Assembly (NCBI GenBank): GCA_964016885.1
Contig: CAXHJY010001155.1
Span: 124,001 to 188,000 of the forward strand
Direction of reading: 5' to 3'
DNA: 64,000 nucleotides
Source of the DNA: Eledone cirrhosa
Taxonomy: Eukaryota
Below are positions 27,912 through 39,725 of this stretch, one piece after another (within the stretch, counting starts at the first letter, position 1; every line of letters starts with the position of its first letter). The notes under the pieces were generated by a model. That model searched no databases and was not told the DNA's origin. It worked only from the letters and a program-made list of their open reading frames with translations. Position numbers and translations under genes: made by a program.

Positions 27912-28760
27912 TTACCCACTCTACTACCCTAAGTATTGAGTACTCTGGTGCGTTATGGTCCATCTGGTTCGTTACGACACTTCCTTCGTTATATATATAT
28001 ATATATATATATATACCCTAAGTATTGAGTACTTTGGGGCGTTATGATCCACCTGATCACCCTCTTTGTTATATATATATATATATATATGGGCGGGGGG
28101 TATGTGTGTGTGTAGGTGGGGGGGGGGGTATGTGTGTGCACACACAAATTATAAAAATATGACTAGATTAAATCTACTGAGACAGATTCAACATGTTCAC
28201 TGTAAACAACCCGTTTATTCCCCTTCCCCTTTCTTTAATAATCGCTTTAATTTCATACACATTGTAATAATTAAGAGAAAGAATGCTTGAAAATATACTC
28301 CCTCCCCCTTTAAAAAAAACCCACCAACAACTGCACTACCCCTACCACACTGCACTACCCCTACCACTGTTACCACAACCAATACAACCCCGCCCACGAT
28401 TACCAAAACAAAACAAATTCGTGTATAAACATGATTACAATGTCGTTGTGAAATGAATTCCTGAAACACACTGCCATGCCTGCATCAGTATACACACGTA
28501 TATACTCGGCAATGACGATGAGATATACACACACACATACATATATATATATATATTTTGATATATATATATATTTTGATTAATAAAAGGCCTCGGGCGC
28601 ACTCGAACCATATTTCATCGCCGAAACATCGGTTCAAAAATATTTACAGCTGACGATGGAAACTCCTTTCTTCCTTTCTTCTCCTGTTCCGTCCTAACTA
28701 CCATCCCAAACCTTGTTTTTAGTAACCACACAGCTCCTTTCGTTTCATAACTTTATATAT

Positions 28761-28811
<51 letters not shown>

Positions 28812-29236
28812 AACACATATACGTGTATAAGCACACAAACAATGTCTCCATGGAGATAATGTCGGCAAAGATAAGTTTAAGTGAAATGAATTACAGGAGG
28901 AAGTATATCAGTACGGGTTTCTATGATTTGCAAGTCAAAAGAGTAGTTTTTCCTCATCATACATTTGTATACATTAATAGATACGTTGTGAAACATATAC
29001 ATACGCACACGCAATCACACAGGCAGAAAATATTATGGTGGCAGTATTTCAGGATGTATTATATAAAACGTACGCACACAATAGTTATTTTCTGCACTAT
29101 ACTATATTGTTTACAGACTGCAATATATATATACTATACACTATGCTATATAATATTCTACTTTCACGGTCCACCCACCCTCTCTGTATGTATGTGTATG
29201 TGTGTGTATATATATATATATGTGTGTGTGTCTGTA

Positions 29237-29319
<83 letters not shown>

Positions 29320-29790
29320 ATGCTTTCTTTATTAACCACAAGGGTTTACACAAAGTAAGACATTAAGGACAGTACAGGACAATACAGGACGGTATAACAA
29401 TAATGATTTCTAGTATAGGCACAAGGCCAGTAATTTGGGGAGAAGGGAAAGTCGATTAAATCGACAACAATACGTTACTGGTGCTTTATTTTATCAACAC
29501 CGTAAGGATGAAAGGTAAAGTTAACCGTGACGAGATTTGAACCCAGAACGTAAATGGCCATAACTATGCTGCAAAGCATGGTGTCTGTAGCTCTACCGAA
29601 TAGCGCATGGCTTCGTGGTTAGAGCATTGGGATTGCAATTGTGAGTTCGATTCTCGAACCGGGTGATGCGTTGTGTCCTTGAGCAAGACACTTTATTTCA
29701 CATTCCTCCAGTGTACTCAGCTGTAGAAATAAGTTGCGACATCACTGGTGCCAAGGACGATTCGTTATGTCTTCATTACATTTATTGAGT

Positions 29791-29876
29791 AGTGACGCAC
29801 GTTTCGCTATTGATCAGCTCAAGGTTCAATCTGTATTGATCTAGCCCGACTCTGGAATGAAGAGCTCGTCGGACCT
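29791..29876 (-). ncRNA. Hammerhead-like motif with long helix II insertion
   Basis: ggt-CCGACGA-gct-[~54 nt structured]-agc-GAAA-cgtgcg-TC-act, followed by AATAAA. Confidence 0.55.
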
Positions 29877-29921
29877 CCCGACACACACACACATTCATTT
29901 TATTATGGCTGAACAGTAAGT

Positions 29922-29969
29922 CGTGTTACGCTGGAGTTCCGCCTGTTTATGACAGGGTCATCAGACAGG
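29922..29969 (-). ncRNA. Minimal hammerhead-like motif, same family as the 10.3 kb copies
   Basis: tgt-CTGATGA-c-cctgt-cataa-acagg-c-GGAA-c-tccagc-g-TA-aca; the downstream gacttactgttcagccataataaaatgaa matches the 10.3 kb flank. Confidence 0.6.
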
Positions 29970-30204
29970 AACTCATACGTGTGTGTATGGATGTTACCGA
30001 TGATGTTGATCTTTTCTTCTTTTCGGGTTATAGCTACTGTTGCTCAGGGAGTGGGATGGTCTCAGTGCACAGTCTTTTCTCACTTTAAAAAATATCTTCA
30101 CGCATAGGAATTGCACGATAGAATTAATTAATAATTATTAATAATGGTATATCGTGCAATGGCCACACTCCATAACGAGGGGGAAGCCATCATGTATGTG
30201 TGTG

Positions 30205-30253
<49 letters not shown>

Positions 30254-30659
30254 TACTATATTATATACTGTATACATTGTATTCCACACACCACAGCTTT
30301 TATTTCTAACATTCAACATGAATGCTATCTTTCTTGACATTTCGAACCTAACCGGCACTCCACTTCATTGAAAACATTCCTGGGTTGTTAATTCATAGTT
30401 TCTGATTTAGGCACAAAGCCAGCAATTTTGAGGGAGGGGAAAGTTGATTAAGTCGATTCCAGTGTGTGACTGGTACTTTATTGTATCGACCCCGTAAGGC
30501 AAAGCTATCTTCGGCGGGATTTTAATTTCGAACGTAAACGACGTAACTATATGCCGCGAAGCATGGTGTCCGACACTTTACCGATACTACCAATCCACCG
30601 CCTTTAGGATGTTAATTAATAATAATTATAATTAATTACTGAGATTTTAAGAATACGTA

Positions 30660-30965
30660 CTAATACTTCTTTTTGGCCCATTTGTTCGTGAGAGTGTGGT
30701 GGGTCTAGAGTCCTCAAACACTTCTCCCAACGAGTCCTGTCAGAACCAACCGTCTCCAACTGATCTAGCTGGATTCCCAAGCAAGGCCAGCCAAGCTCAT
30801 AGATGTTATCCAACCATCTTGCTTGGGGTCTACTCGTGGGTCCACTGCTGGTTGGTTTTGTCTGTGAAATCTGTCCAGCAATTCGTTCCTGGGACATTCT
30901 AACCGCATGACCATAGTATCGGAGCTATGATCTCTCAATTTGAAGAAGTAGCAGCTCTTTATTTA
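30660..30965 (-). mobile_element. Decayed LINE 3' end (RTE-like)
   Basis: LRYYGHAVRMSQER...RPQARWLDNI...DRTRWEK. Confidence 0.7.
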
Positions 30966-31427
30966 CCTATAATTTGGCAGAGGTATATAAATACATTTTT
31001 TTTTAAATCTAGTTTACTGTCTATTTCAATAATTGTTTCTATTTTAGGCACAAGGCCAGCAATTACCTAGTACATTACTGGTACTTTATTTTATGTTATT
31101 ATAATTTGTTAATGTTTTATAAATCCTTGAAAGGCAAAGTTAACCTCGGCGGGATTTGAACTCAGATCATAAAGGGACGTAACTCTATGCTTCAAAGCAT
31201 GGCGTCCGACTCTCTACCGATACTGCCAATCAACCGCCCTTTCAATAATGTTCGTCCAACGTTACTGACGTTTAAAGTAGCATAAAGGATTTATAAAACA
31301 TTAACAAATTATAATAACATAAAATACGAAATAAATATAAAATTATTATAAGACCCAATAATTCAGGCAAAGAGATGATAAAAAGACATGAAAACACACC
31401 TCATGTTAACCACATATACACACGCAC

Positions 31428-31541
31428 GTGTGAATACCCAGTAAGTCGAGTCAGAGAATCCCACATGTCTGCTTCCCAGCTGAGTACAGGAAGCATGTGT
31501 AAACATTTCTTTGATGAATTCATTGACGAAAGGATCCACAT
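31428..31541 (-). CDS. Probable first coding exon of profilin-like gene (MWILSSMNSSKKCLHMLPVLSWEADMWDSLTRLTGYSH); start Met uncertain
   Basis: Unique CpG-containing sequence just downstream of GC boxes; donor CAC|gtgcgt in phase 0 joins exon 6508-6585 in frame. Confidence 0.55.
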
Positions 31542-31689
31542 CGTTTGGCAGTCGTCGTCAAGACCTCAAGCGTCCTCGGATGCAGGCAGCCGAGCTCCTC
31601 CGTAAACTCAGAATGTCAGCAGCCCGTCTGAGGAAGAAGCCTTGCGAGGTGGGTGGCTGTTGCGTGTGTGTAGATGGCCATTGTCCACG

Positions 31690-31800
31690 TAAATGCCTTT
31701 GAAGGTTTGACTGCGGGGCGCTTCTGAAAGGCCGCCCCGCCCTAAGCTTGTCTCCCTCTACTCTTCCCCTTCTCTTTCTTCCGTGGCCTAGTAGTCCTTA
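31690..31800 (-). promoter_or_regulatory. GC-rich promoter with Sp1-type GC boxes
   Basis: gcggggcg and ccgccccgccc lie within a unique CpG-rich patch (~31420-31790), upstream of the predicted exon 1. Confidence 0.55.
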
Positions 31801-32099
31801 TCTTCCCCCCTTTCTTCTCATTTATGGCATTTATACTAATTTCCTATACAGCCAGATCTGCCTTGCTTTGCCCCTTCCCCCCCTTTTTTTCATTACTTAA
31901 TTTTGTTTTCATCTTTTTTTTTTCATATTGCTATCATTTTTCAAATACATAGTCTCTTTTAAACTTTTACAAATTTCAATCATTAGACTGTGGCCAAGTT
32001 TGGTGATCGACTTCATGTAATCGAACCACTAAGTTACGGGACACACACAGTCTCTCTCTCTATATATATATGTATAATAAACAATACAATACAATTATT

Positions 32100-32167
32100 C
32101 CATTTACAAAAGGTTTCACGAAGACAGGCGAGCTCAACAGAGACGTCTGAAATCGTTCATCCGAAGG
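32100..32167 (-). ncRNA. Hammerhead-like motif
   Basis: cctt-CGGATGA-acga-[31 nt]-tcgt-GAAA-c-ctttt-g-TA-aatgg. Confidence 0.55.
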
Positions 32168-32301
32168 AAAAGTAAATGGAATAATCGTATTGTGGTGTTT
32201 ATTACATATTTAAATAGCACTGCAGCATACATAGAACACTCTCCTTTCTTTTACCCTTTCTACGGAAATACTTTGGAGTATCGCTATTAGCTTTCTCCGT
32301 G

Positions 32302-32331
<30 letters not shown>

Positions 32332-32337
<6 letters not shown>

Positions 32338-32574
32338 TCTTTAAGTTGTTTGGAAGCCTCGACAATGCAAATGGGTAAATCTCCGGGTAACAAGATCCGG
32401 TGGTGGAGAGAGAGAGGTAAGTGGGTGTACGTTGAGAGTACTCTTTCTTTCATTCTTCTACACATCTCATACACACCACACCCACTTACCTCTCTCTCTC
32501 CACCACCGGATCTTGTTACCCGGAGATTTACCCATTTGCATTGTCGAGGCTTCCAAACGACTTAAAGATATTTA
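32332..32574. repeat. Near-perfect palindrome, 97 bp arms, 49 nt loop, abutting (TA)n
   Basis: 32332-32428 versus 32478-32574, one mismatch. Confidence 0.92.
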
Positions 32575-32705
32575 CTTATCATTCCACAATGCTTCGAGCA
32601 AACTTGAATACTCTCATATATATATATATATGAGGTAAATATCTCACTGAGTACTAAGTACCCATAGAGATATAGGGTGTTAATGTTTGTTTGTTCTGCT
32701 CATCA

Positions 32706-32732
<27 letters not shown>

Positions 32733-32739
<7 letters not shown>

Positions 32740-33394
32740 GTTATACATTAATATATATGATAAACACATACGTGTTTGTATTGCAAGAGACAAAGTTAAC
32801 TAGAATGAAATAAACTAATTAAAGTGAATACAATTTGTCTGTCTCGATATAAGTCAATAAAGACAAGCTTATATTGGCAAAAGCCGTGATTCCTGGACAA
32901 ATCTAAATTTCAAAATCCAAACCCGCTCCGTAGATAAATTTGAACTTCGAAACCTAAATATGTTTCGCAACGATGGTACATGAATTGAAAAATAAAGAGA
33001 ATCGAATGGAATTGAAATAAAAAGTGAAATATCCAAATCGTCTGTACTTATCAACAGGAATCCAGTAAAATTAGTACATTCCACCATCAAAAATCTTGCA
33101 GGTCTGACTACACGTGCGTGTAGCCAGCCAAACTAGCCGTCCCGCATTCCCGGTGCTAGAAATAACAGCCGTTTATACGGGATTAAAGATCAGCTCTACA
33201 GTTAAGGAGCAATATACTATATTATATTTTCAGGAATCACGGCTTTTGCCAATATAAGCTTGTCTTTATTGACTTATATCAAGACAGACAAATTGTATTC
33301 ACTTTAATTAGTTTATTTCATTGATAGCTAACTTTGTCTGTTACAATGCAAACACGTTTTGTGTTTATCATATATATTAATGTATAACATGTAT
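32733..33394. repeat. Inverted repeat, ~163 bp arms, ~335 bp spacer, abutting (TA)n
   Basis: 32733-32895 versus 33231-33394, about ten differences by eye. Confidence 0.9.
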
Positions 33395-33489
33395 TTAACT
33401 GCTCGGAAATGCCTCTTTCTTGGAGCTGGTTAATTGTAAATGACTGAGAGTTTAATCTCAAAATATAATATAGTATATATATATATATA

Positions 33490-33552
<63 letters not shown>

Positions 33553-33698
33553 GAAATATAAGCTATTGACGTACATGTACATCAATACTCATCTTTTTCC
33601 ATTTCTCCGAGGGTTCTTAACCCCACTATCAGGCTAAATATTTAGTCAAAATACGGTGGTAGCTTATATTTCTAATTTCAAACTCGCTCGCTGTTTCG

Positions 33699-33760
<62 letters not shown>

Positions 33761-34699
33761 TTTTACAGGACTCGAACTATTCATTCAGGAGAAATTATAT
33801 ACTATGTTAAGATATCAATACATATTTAATATGTACGTTGATCATGTTTCTCAATAAATAAACTCAATGGACCTTGGTTCAGGGCATCAATTATTCAAAT
33901 TTAAAATATATATGTAGAGAGAGAAAGAATCATATATCGTTTGAGGAACATATATATAGAGTGAGAGAGCAAATAATATTCAGGAAAATATACATAGTTA
34001 GAAATGTCTTCCCTTACAGTGTTGTTTCATAGACCAAAAGACTAAAGCAAAGACATCGATCTAAGTAATCAATCATTGATTACCAGCTATCGATTTTGGT
34101 AAGGCACCGGAAAACAGGTCTAATCATCCAAGGAATTGACTTAATATGTGTCCCTCACTATACAAAATACCTTTTTTACCACCATCACGTAGGTATATTT
34201 TCCTGAATATTATTTGCTAGGCGATGAATTGACAGCATCAAAAGAGCGTCAGACACCATGCTTTACAGCATTGAGTTATGACCCTTTATGTTCTGAGTTC
34301 AAATCCCGCCGAGGTTAACTTTGCCTTTCATCCTGAAGGGGGTCGATAAAATAAAGTACCAGTAATGCTCTGTAAAAATTGCTGGCCTTGTGCCTAACGT
34401 AGAAACAATTATTTGCTAGGTGCGTGGCTGATTGGTTGGATAACTGGATTCACAATCGTGGGGTTCTCAGTTCGATTCCTGGACCGGGTGATGCGTTATG
34501 TCCTTGAGCAAGACATTTTATTTCACGTTGTTCCTTCTACCTGGAGTAGCGACCGATAGACAGTATTAGCAATTGGAAAGACCAATGGACACATTGTTTC
34601 CTCAGTCCGATTTGACGAAAGTCGATCGACTGTCTACATACATGTGTATAAAATACTGTGTGTTTCTCAAACGATATATTGATTTGTTCTCTCTCTACA

Positions 34700-35393
34700 T
34701 ATATCTGTTGACTGCTGTGCATCACTGCGTTCTTGTGAGCTTCAAATGCCACTGTTAAACAGAGTCATTACTGAAGATGGGAAATGGATACTTTACCATA
34801 ATGTTAAGTAAAGACATCGTGGAGAAGAACCAGCCCAGAAGAGGCCTGCAACCAAGGAAGATTCTACTGAGTGTGTGGTGGGATATCAGGGGAATGATTC
34901 ATCACAAACTGCTAGGCTATAATTAAACAATAACAGCCGAAGTCTATTGCCAACAACTAAGACGTTTGAAAACACCTTTGCAGCAAAAATTAACAAACAG
35001 AAAAGAAGTCACCCTTCATCGGGATAACAGAAGCCATCACACTGCACAAAAACCAAATATTTCCTAGAAAATTATTACTGGAAAATTATGCGTAATCCGC
35101 CATATTCCCCGGACATTGCACCAACAGATTACCATCTCTTAAGAAGTTTGTGAAATCATTTGAGTGGGTTAAGACTTACTTCAAGAGAAGAAATCGAAAA
35201 TGAGTTAGTTTTCTTTTTTAGTTCAAAACCTAAAGAATTTCATGAACATGGCATAATAAAAAGCTTATTTACAAATAGCGAGAGTTCATAGAGGAGAATG
35301 GTAACTACATTAACGAGTAAATATATCTCATGTTGTGTTTTCTGTTTGTTTTATTGAGCCTTAAAAAACGGACAGAACTTTCGTTACAGCCTG
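34700..35393 (+). mobile_element. Mariner transposase relic with right TIR
   Basis: RVITEDGKWILYHN, KILLSVWWD, TITAEVYCQQL, LHRDN, PPYSPDIAPTDYHLLRSL with stops and frameshifts; TIR-like aaaaaacggacagaactttcgttacagcct. Confidence 0.9.
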
Positions 35394-35647
35394 GTGTGTG
35401 TGTGGCCCACACAATAAGGATGATGGTTTCTATTTTAGGTACGAGACCAGCAGTCTGAGAAAAGAGAGGGAAACTGATTATATAGACCCCAGTACATAAT
35501 TGGTTCTATATTTAATCGACCTCCACGGAAAGATGAAAAAGCAAAGTTGACCTCGTAAAGAGACAAAACAAATATCATGTAATGTTTTGTCCGATGCTTC
35601 ACCGATTCTGCCCATCTAATAAGAATAAAATATGTATTTCTAATAAA

Positions 35648-36975
35648 CTAGCAGCAGCAGTACCCAGCGTTGCCTAGATAGGTAAAATAATATCTGCTTT
35701 GATGAAAAGGTGTTGATCTTAGCAACTGCTTCTCGATGACTCATCTATGGCCACACATGGGGAGGCCATGCGGGGGAAGGTGGTGATGACTTCTATCACT
35801 GAAAAACGCGGGTGACTGACGAAGGGTCATGATGGTGGAGGGAGGTAATGACCTCTAACACTAAGCCAAATTTCCTCACGCTACTTGTTTGGAAACCGAT
35901 GAATTCTCAAATTCACAACTAAAAGCTCAGACGACGTCAGTGGCCATCGTTTTGCCTTTGTCCATCTATAAGATGTGCAATGATAGGTTCTATCGTAGTA
36001 TAAAAGTTGAACCAAATAAATTGATTTACGTGTGAAGTGGAGCCGAAGTTTCGAATTTGAACGGAATCAGTTGAAAAATGTGGGAGCTAGAGCCGAAAAG
36101 GCGGAAATTTGAGCAAAAAGGTGGTATTTTCGAATATTTAAGCGGCTGCCACGCCGTTCCTGAACAAAAAATCCAAAATGTAAAGCCATTTCAGGATGTG
36201 CGATGATAAATTCTATTTTGCTTTAAAATTTGAACGAAATCGGTGGCAAAATGTGGGAGCTACAGCCAAAAATCTTATTTTTCGATACCTAAAAAAAGTT
36301 TTGCCATGTTTGGTAAAGAGAAGTACATCATTGCCAAGTCTGTAAAAGAGAAGTACATCATTCTTCTCCAGAAATAAATAGTTTTATAGATATGTGCTGT
36401 TCATACTGACCTTTTGTTAGCAAAATCACGGTGTTTTTTTGTTTTTTTTCATTCCTTCCTACACAGAACTTCGTTTCTATTAAATATTGCGGAATGTATT
36501 GATATAAAACCTTCCACGTGTTGCATAATACTGTGTTTGTCCATGAAACACCTGACCAAGTAGATAATACCCTTTCCATGATAATAATTTCTAACAATAC
36601 CCAAATAAAATTAGATGTCAGCTGGAGGACTCCTTAAAAGTAAGAAACGAACTTTAGGGAATTTTATGACTAGAAATAAAATATTTTCATCGACAATAAT
36701 TTCACAATGTTTAGTCCATAAGTCTTCAAAATATTGTTATATCCTTCTTTTACCGAATGAATTAAAGTCTTATAAATATGCAAGATATAATGACTGACCG
36801 TCTATGGACAAACTCACAAGGTGCATACATTTTTTTTCATTGTGTTTCTTATTAAATATCGTGGAATATATTAATATAATACCTTCTGTGTGTTGCATAA
36901 TACGATATTTGTCCATTGGTTTACATATCAAATTTGCTGCAATAATTAATGTCGTACGCACCTGTTATATACATA
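35648..36975 (-). mobile_element. Non-autonomous Helitron-like element (left end clear, right end approximate)
   Basis: On the minus strand ...ctaggcaacgctggg...CTAG (hairpin plus CTAG); internal duplicated aaaatgtgggagcta blocks. Confidence 0.5.
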
Positions 36976-37121
36976 TATGATTTGATACTTCTTACACTTG
37001 GCTTTATAATATCCATGTTCACTTTGGTTTATAATAGAAGTGTGAACTGTGAACTTCTTGCTAACACCATCTCCACTGGCTATCAACCTATTACGTTTCT
37101 AAGGCAGGCTAAGGTAACTCA

Positions 37122-37337
37122 TTAACCCTTTAACATTTATATTACTCTATATAAACTATTATATTTCTGTGGCAAAGGCTTTATCTCACATAATATCGAA
37201 TCTATGAGATTTTGATATCATTTATTTTGAGAACAATGCCTTAACATAAGTATGAGAGGCCAGTTACAGCTGGTTTGGACAGAAAGAGGTGAGAGAATTG
37301 TGGCCGGATGCGGGCGGTTTGAATGCTAAAGGGTTAA
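37122..37337. mobile_element. piggyBac-like MITE (TTAA target, CCCTT/AAGGG termini)
   Basis: ttaa-ccctttaacatt...aatgctaaaggg-ttaa; relatives at ~8630-8803, 45560-45750, 46819-47030, 47167-47380. Confidence 0.8.
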
Positions 37338-38466
37338 ATATCATAACATATCCGGCATGAAAAGCATTATGGCTATGACGTCACTGATTCAAGGCGATAA
37401 TGGATTGTTTACAAGACGTTGATCAACTGATACCATATTCTGAGCGGTGGATCAACTTCCGAAACGACTCAGTGTTCAGAATTAAATTTCGGTTTTCAAA
37501 CGATGATAATGATGATATAAATTGATTTGATCATCTTACTAAAAGTTCGTAACTTAAACATTCGCAATAGAAAGAAAACGGAGTGTGTGTGTGCGTATGT
37601 ATGTATATATATATATACACACACACACACATATCACATTACCATTTAACGCCTATTTTCCATGCTTACATAGGTTAAACGGGTTGTCATATTATGAGAT
37701 AAATCAGGTCATCTGACCATGCCTTGCTCATACAGAACTGTTTCTGGCTGGTTTCTGCAGCTGGATGCCTTACCTAATGACAACATTACAGTGTAGATTG
37801 GTTGCTTTTTATCATGGCACCAAAACAACCATCTCACAGGATAGACTGGGTGCTTTTTCATAGTGGCAACATAACTGTGAGAGCAGATGTGGAGCGTATT
37901 CAGCTTTTCGTGCATGGATAGGACAGGAGAAGTGTATAAGAAGTGCGGGAGGCAAGGAGGTGGAGCATGAGTATGCAGGATTCGATAGGTGATTGAAGGG
38001 GGTTGAAAGTGGGATACATTGCTGATGAAGGCTGATGGGTTAGTATTAAAATGGGGGAAGGTGTATGGACAAGGCGGTGCATATATATATATATACACTT
38101 CATTAAAAATATGTTACCAAAGACTTATTTATCTCATAATTTGATTTACAATTGTTTCATCCTCGTGAGACTTATCGAAATCAATCATTTTTATAAATAA
38201 ATACCTCAGCAAGTTCATCTTTTAGAACGGACAAAAAGTCCGTAGATTCCAGTTTTTATACGGTTGACTTAAGAAGCAATGAGAAAATTGGAAATGTGTA
38301 CTTCCCAGCGCAAATGATCATTATAATAATAGTTAGTCACTATAAATAATAGTTGAAAAAATCAGGTAAAGTACCCTCGAGGCAGGAAAAAAAATTGACA
38401 GAGGCACATGTATAGAATTGAACCCAGCACTTAAGAAATGCCAGACAAGTTCATTAACCACTAGAC

Positions 38467-39725
38467 CAGAAGTTCTCAAACTTGTTGGGCCACCACCCCC
38501 ACATAAAACCTTCAGCGCCACCCAACCTTATTTCCAGAGAGACCTGTGTATACGCAAATTGTAAATAATATATAATAAATAAAATCGTTAATTTATATAT
38601 AATCTCTCTCTATATAAAATTATTTGTCTCTCTGTCTGTCTGTTTCCTTATGCAATCTCAAAGGACTCAACTAAATCAAATCAAATTTTACGAGGTAAAG
38701 ACCTCAGGCTTAACAACATGTAATTTTCATTTTCATTTGTATTAAAACAATATAACATTTTATCTAAAATATTCTACGATAGACTTTAAGTAAACGACAT
38801 TTTATAACAACGACGTCACATTTTGTATGTGTGTGTGGGTGTGTGTGTGTTTGTGTGTTGCTACATACGTTAGGCCTTAGTAAGTTACATACACATACAT
38901 CTTCACGTAAATATTTAATCAGATACACAGAGAATTAAACACACACATCTACATATACATATGTGATGACTGACAAGTGTGTATGTGAGGTTGAATTTAA
39001 GAGGCTTCAGTTACCAGTCAAACTAAGTTTTGTTATTTCAATTAACAAATCTCAGGGTCAATGCTTCAAGGTAATTGGACTTGATCTCTCTACATGTTTC
39101 TCCCATGGTCAACTCTATGTTGATTGCTCACGAGTTGTTCATTTACACACTAACAAAAAATGACACAAAAAATTACACAAGGTGCTTCAAGATTGACCGA
39201 TTTTCATTTCTAAATTCTATTATCATTACAATTTTGATATTTTTTTATAAAATGTAGAGATTTTGAAATAAGTATGAGAAAAGGGATACATCTCCATATT
39301 TATTGTTTACTAATCTGAATAAGAACAGCAATAACCCGGGCAACGCCAGGTCATTCAGCTAGTAGCTCCCAGTCCACACTGTAAATGTGGTTGGTGTTAG
39401 GAAGGGCTTCCAGCTGTAAAAAAACCTGCCAGAGACGCTTCTGTGTGAGTGAGACATGGTCTCCCAACCATTCCCGCATTAAATGTAACAAAACCGTCTA
39501 ACCCATGCTGGCATGGAAGATGGACGTTAAACGATGATGATGATAATGATACTATGTATAAATTAATATATTTTTTATTTTACTACATTTATATATGATA
39601 TGTATCATTTGATATTTAATATACTATTATATCATCTCTACTGACCCCTCAGGCCCCAGTGCCTCCTCCCCGGACCTTCTCAATGCCCCCAAGGGGAGCA
39701 GTAGCATCCACTTTGAGAACCTCTG
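38467..39725. mobile_element. hAT-like MITE interrupted by a Helitron and a SINE
   Basis: Termini cagaagttctcaaa / tttgagaacctctg; flanks cactagac / aactaggc form an imperfect 8-bp TSD. Confidence 0.65.
38603..39362 (+). mobile_element. Non-autonomous Helitron carrying a RepHel (PIF1-type helicase) C-terminal fragment
   Basis: A|TC start, subterminal hairpin ccgggcaacgccagg, CTAG|T end; FKRLQLPVKLSFVISINKSQGQ...FSHGQLYVDCSRV at 38990-39140. Confidence 0.85.

Noticed and set aside
28615-28670. GAAAC and CTGACGA near (TA)n; similar weak cases at 7626, 8230, 12450 and 63640
   Set aside because: Possibly decayed Penelope termini, but the helices are too poor to call.
31614-31625. Antizyme-like +1 frameshift or selenocysteine at TGC-TGA-C
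   Set aside because: The +1 frame stops after 19 codons with no antizyme similarity, and no SECIS was recognised.
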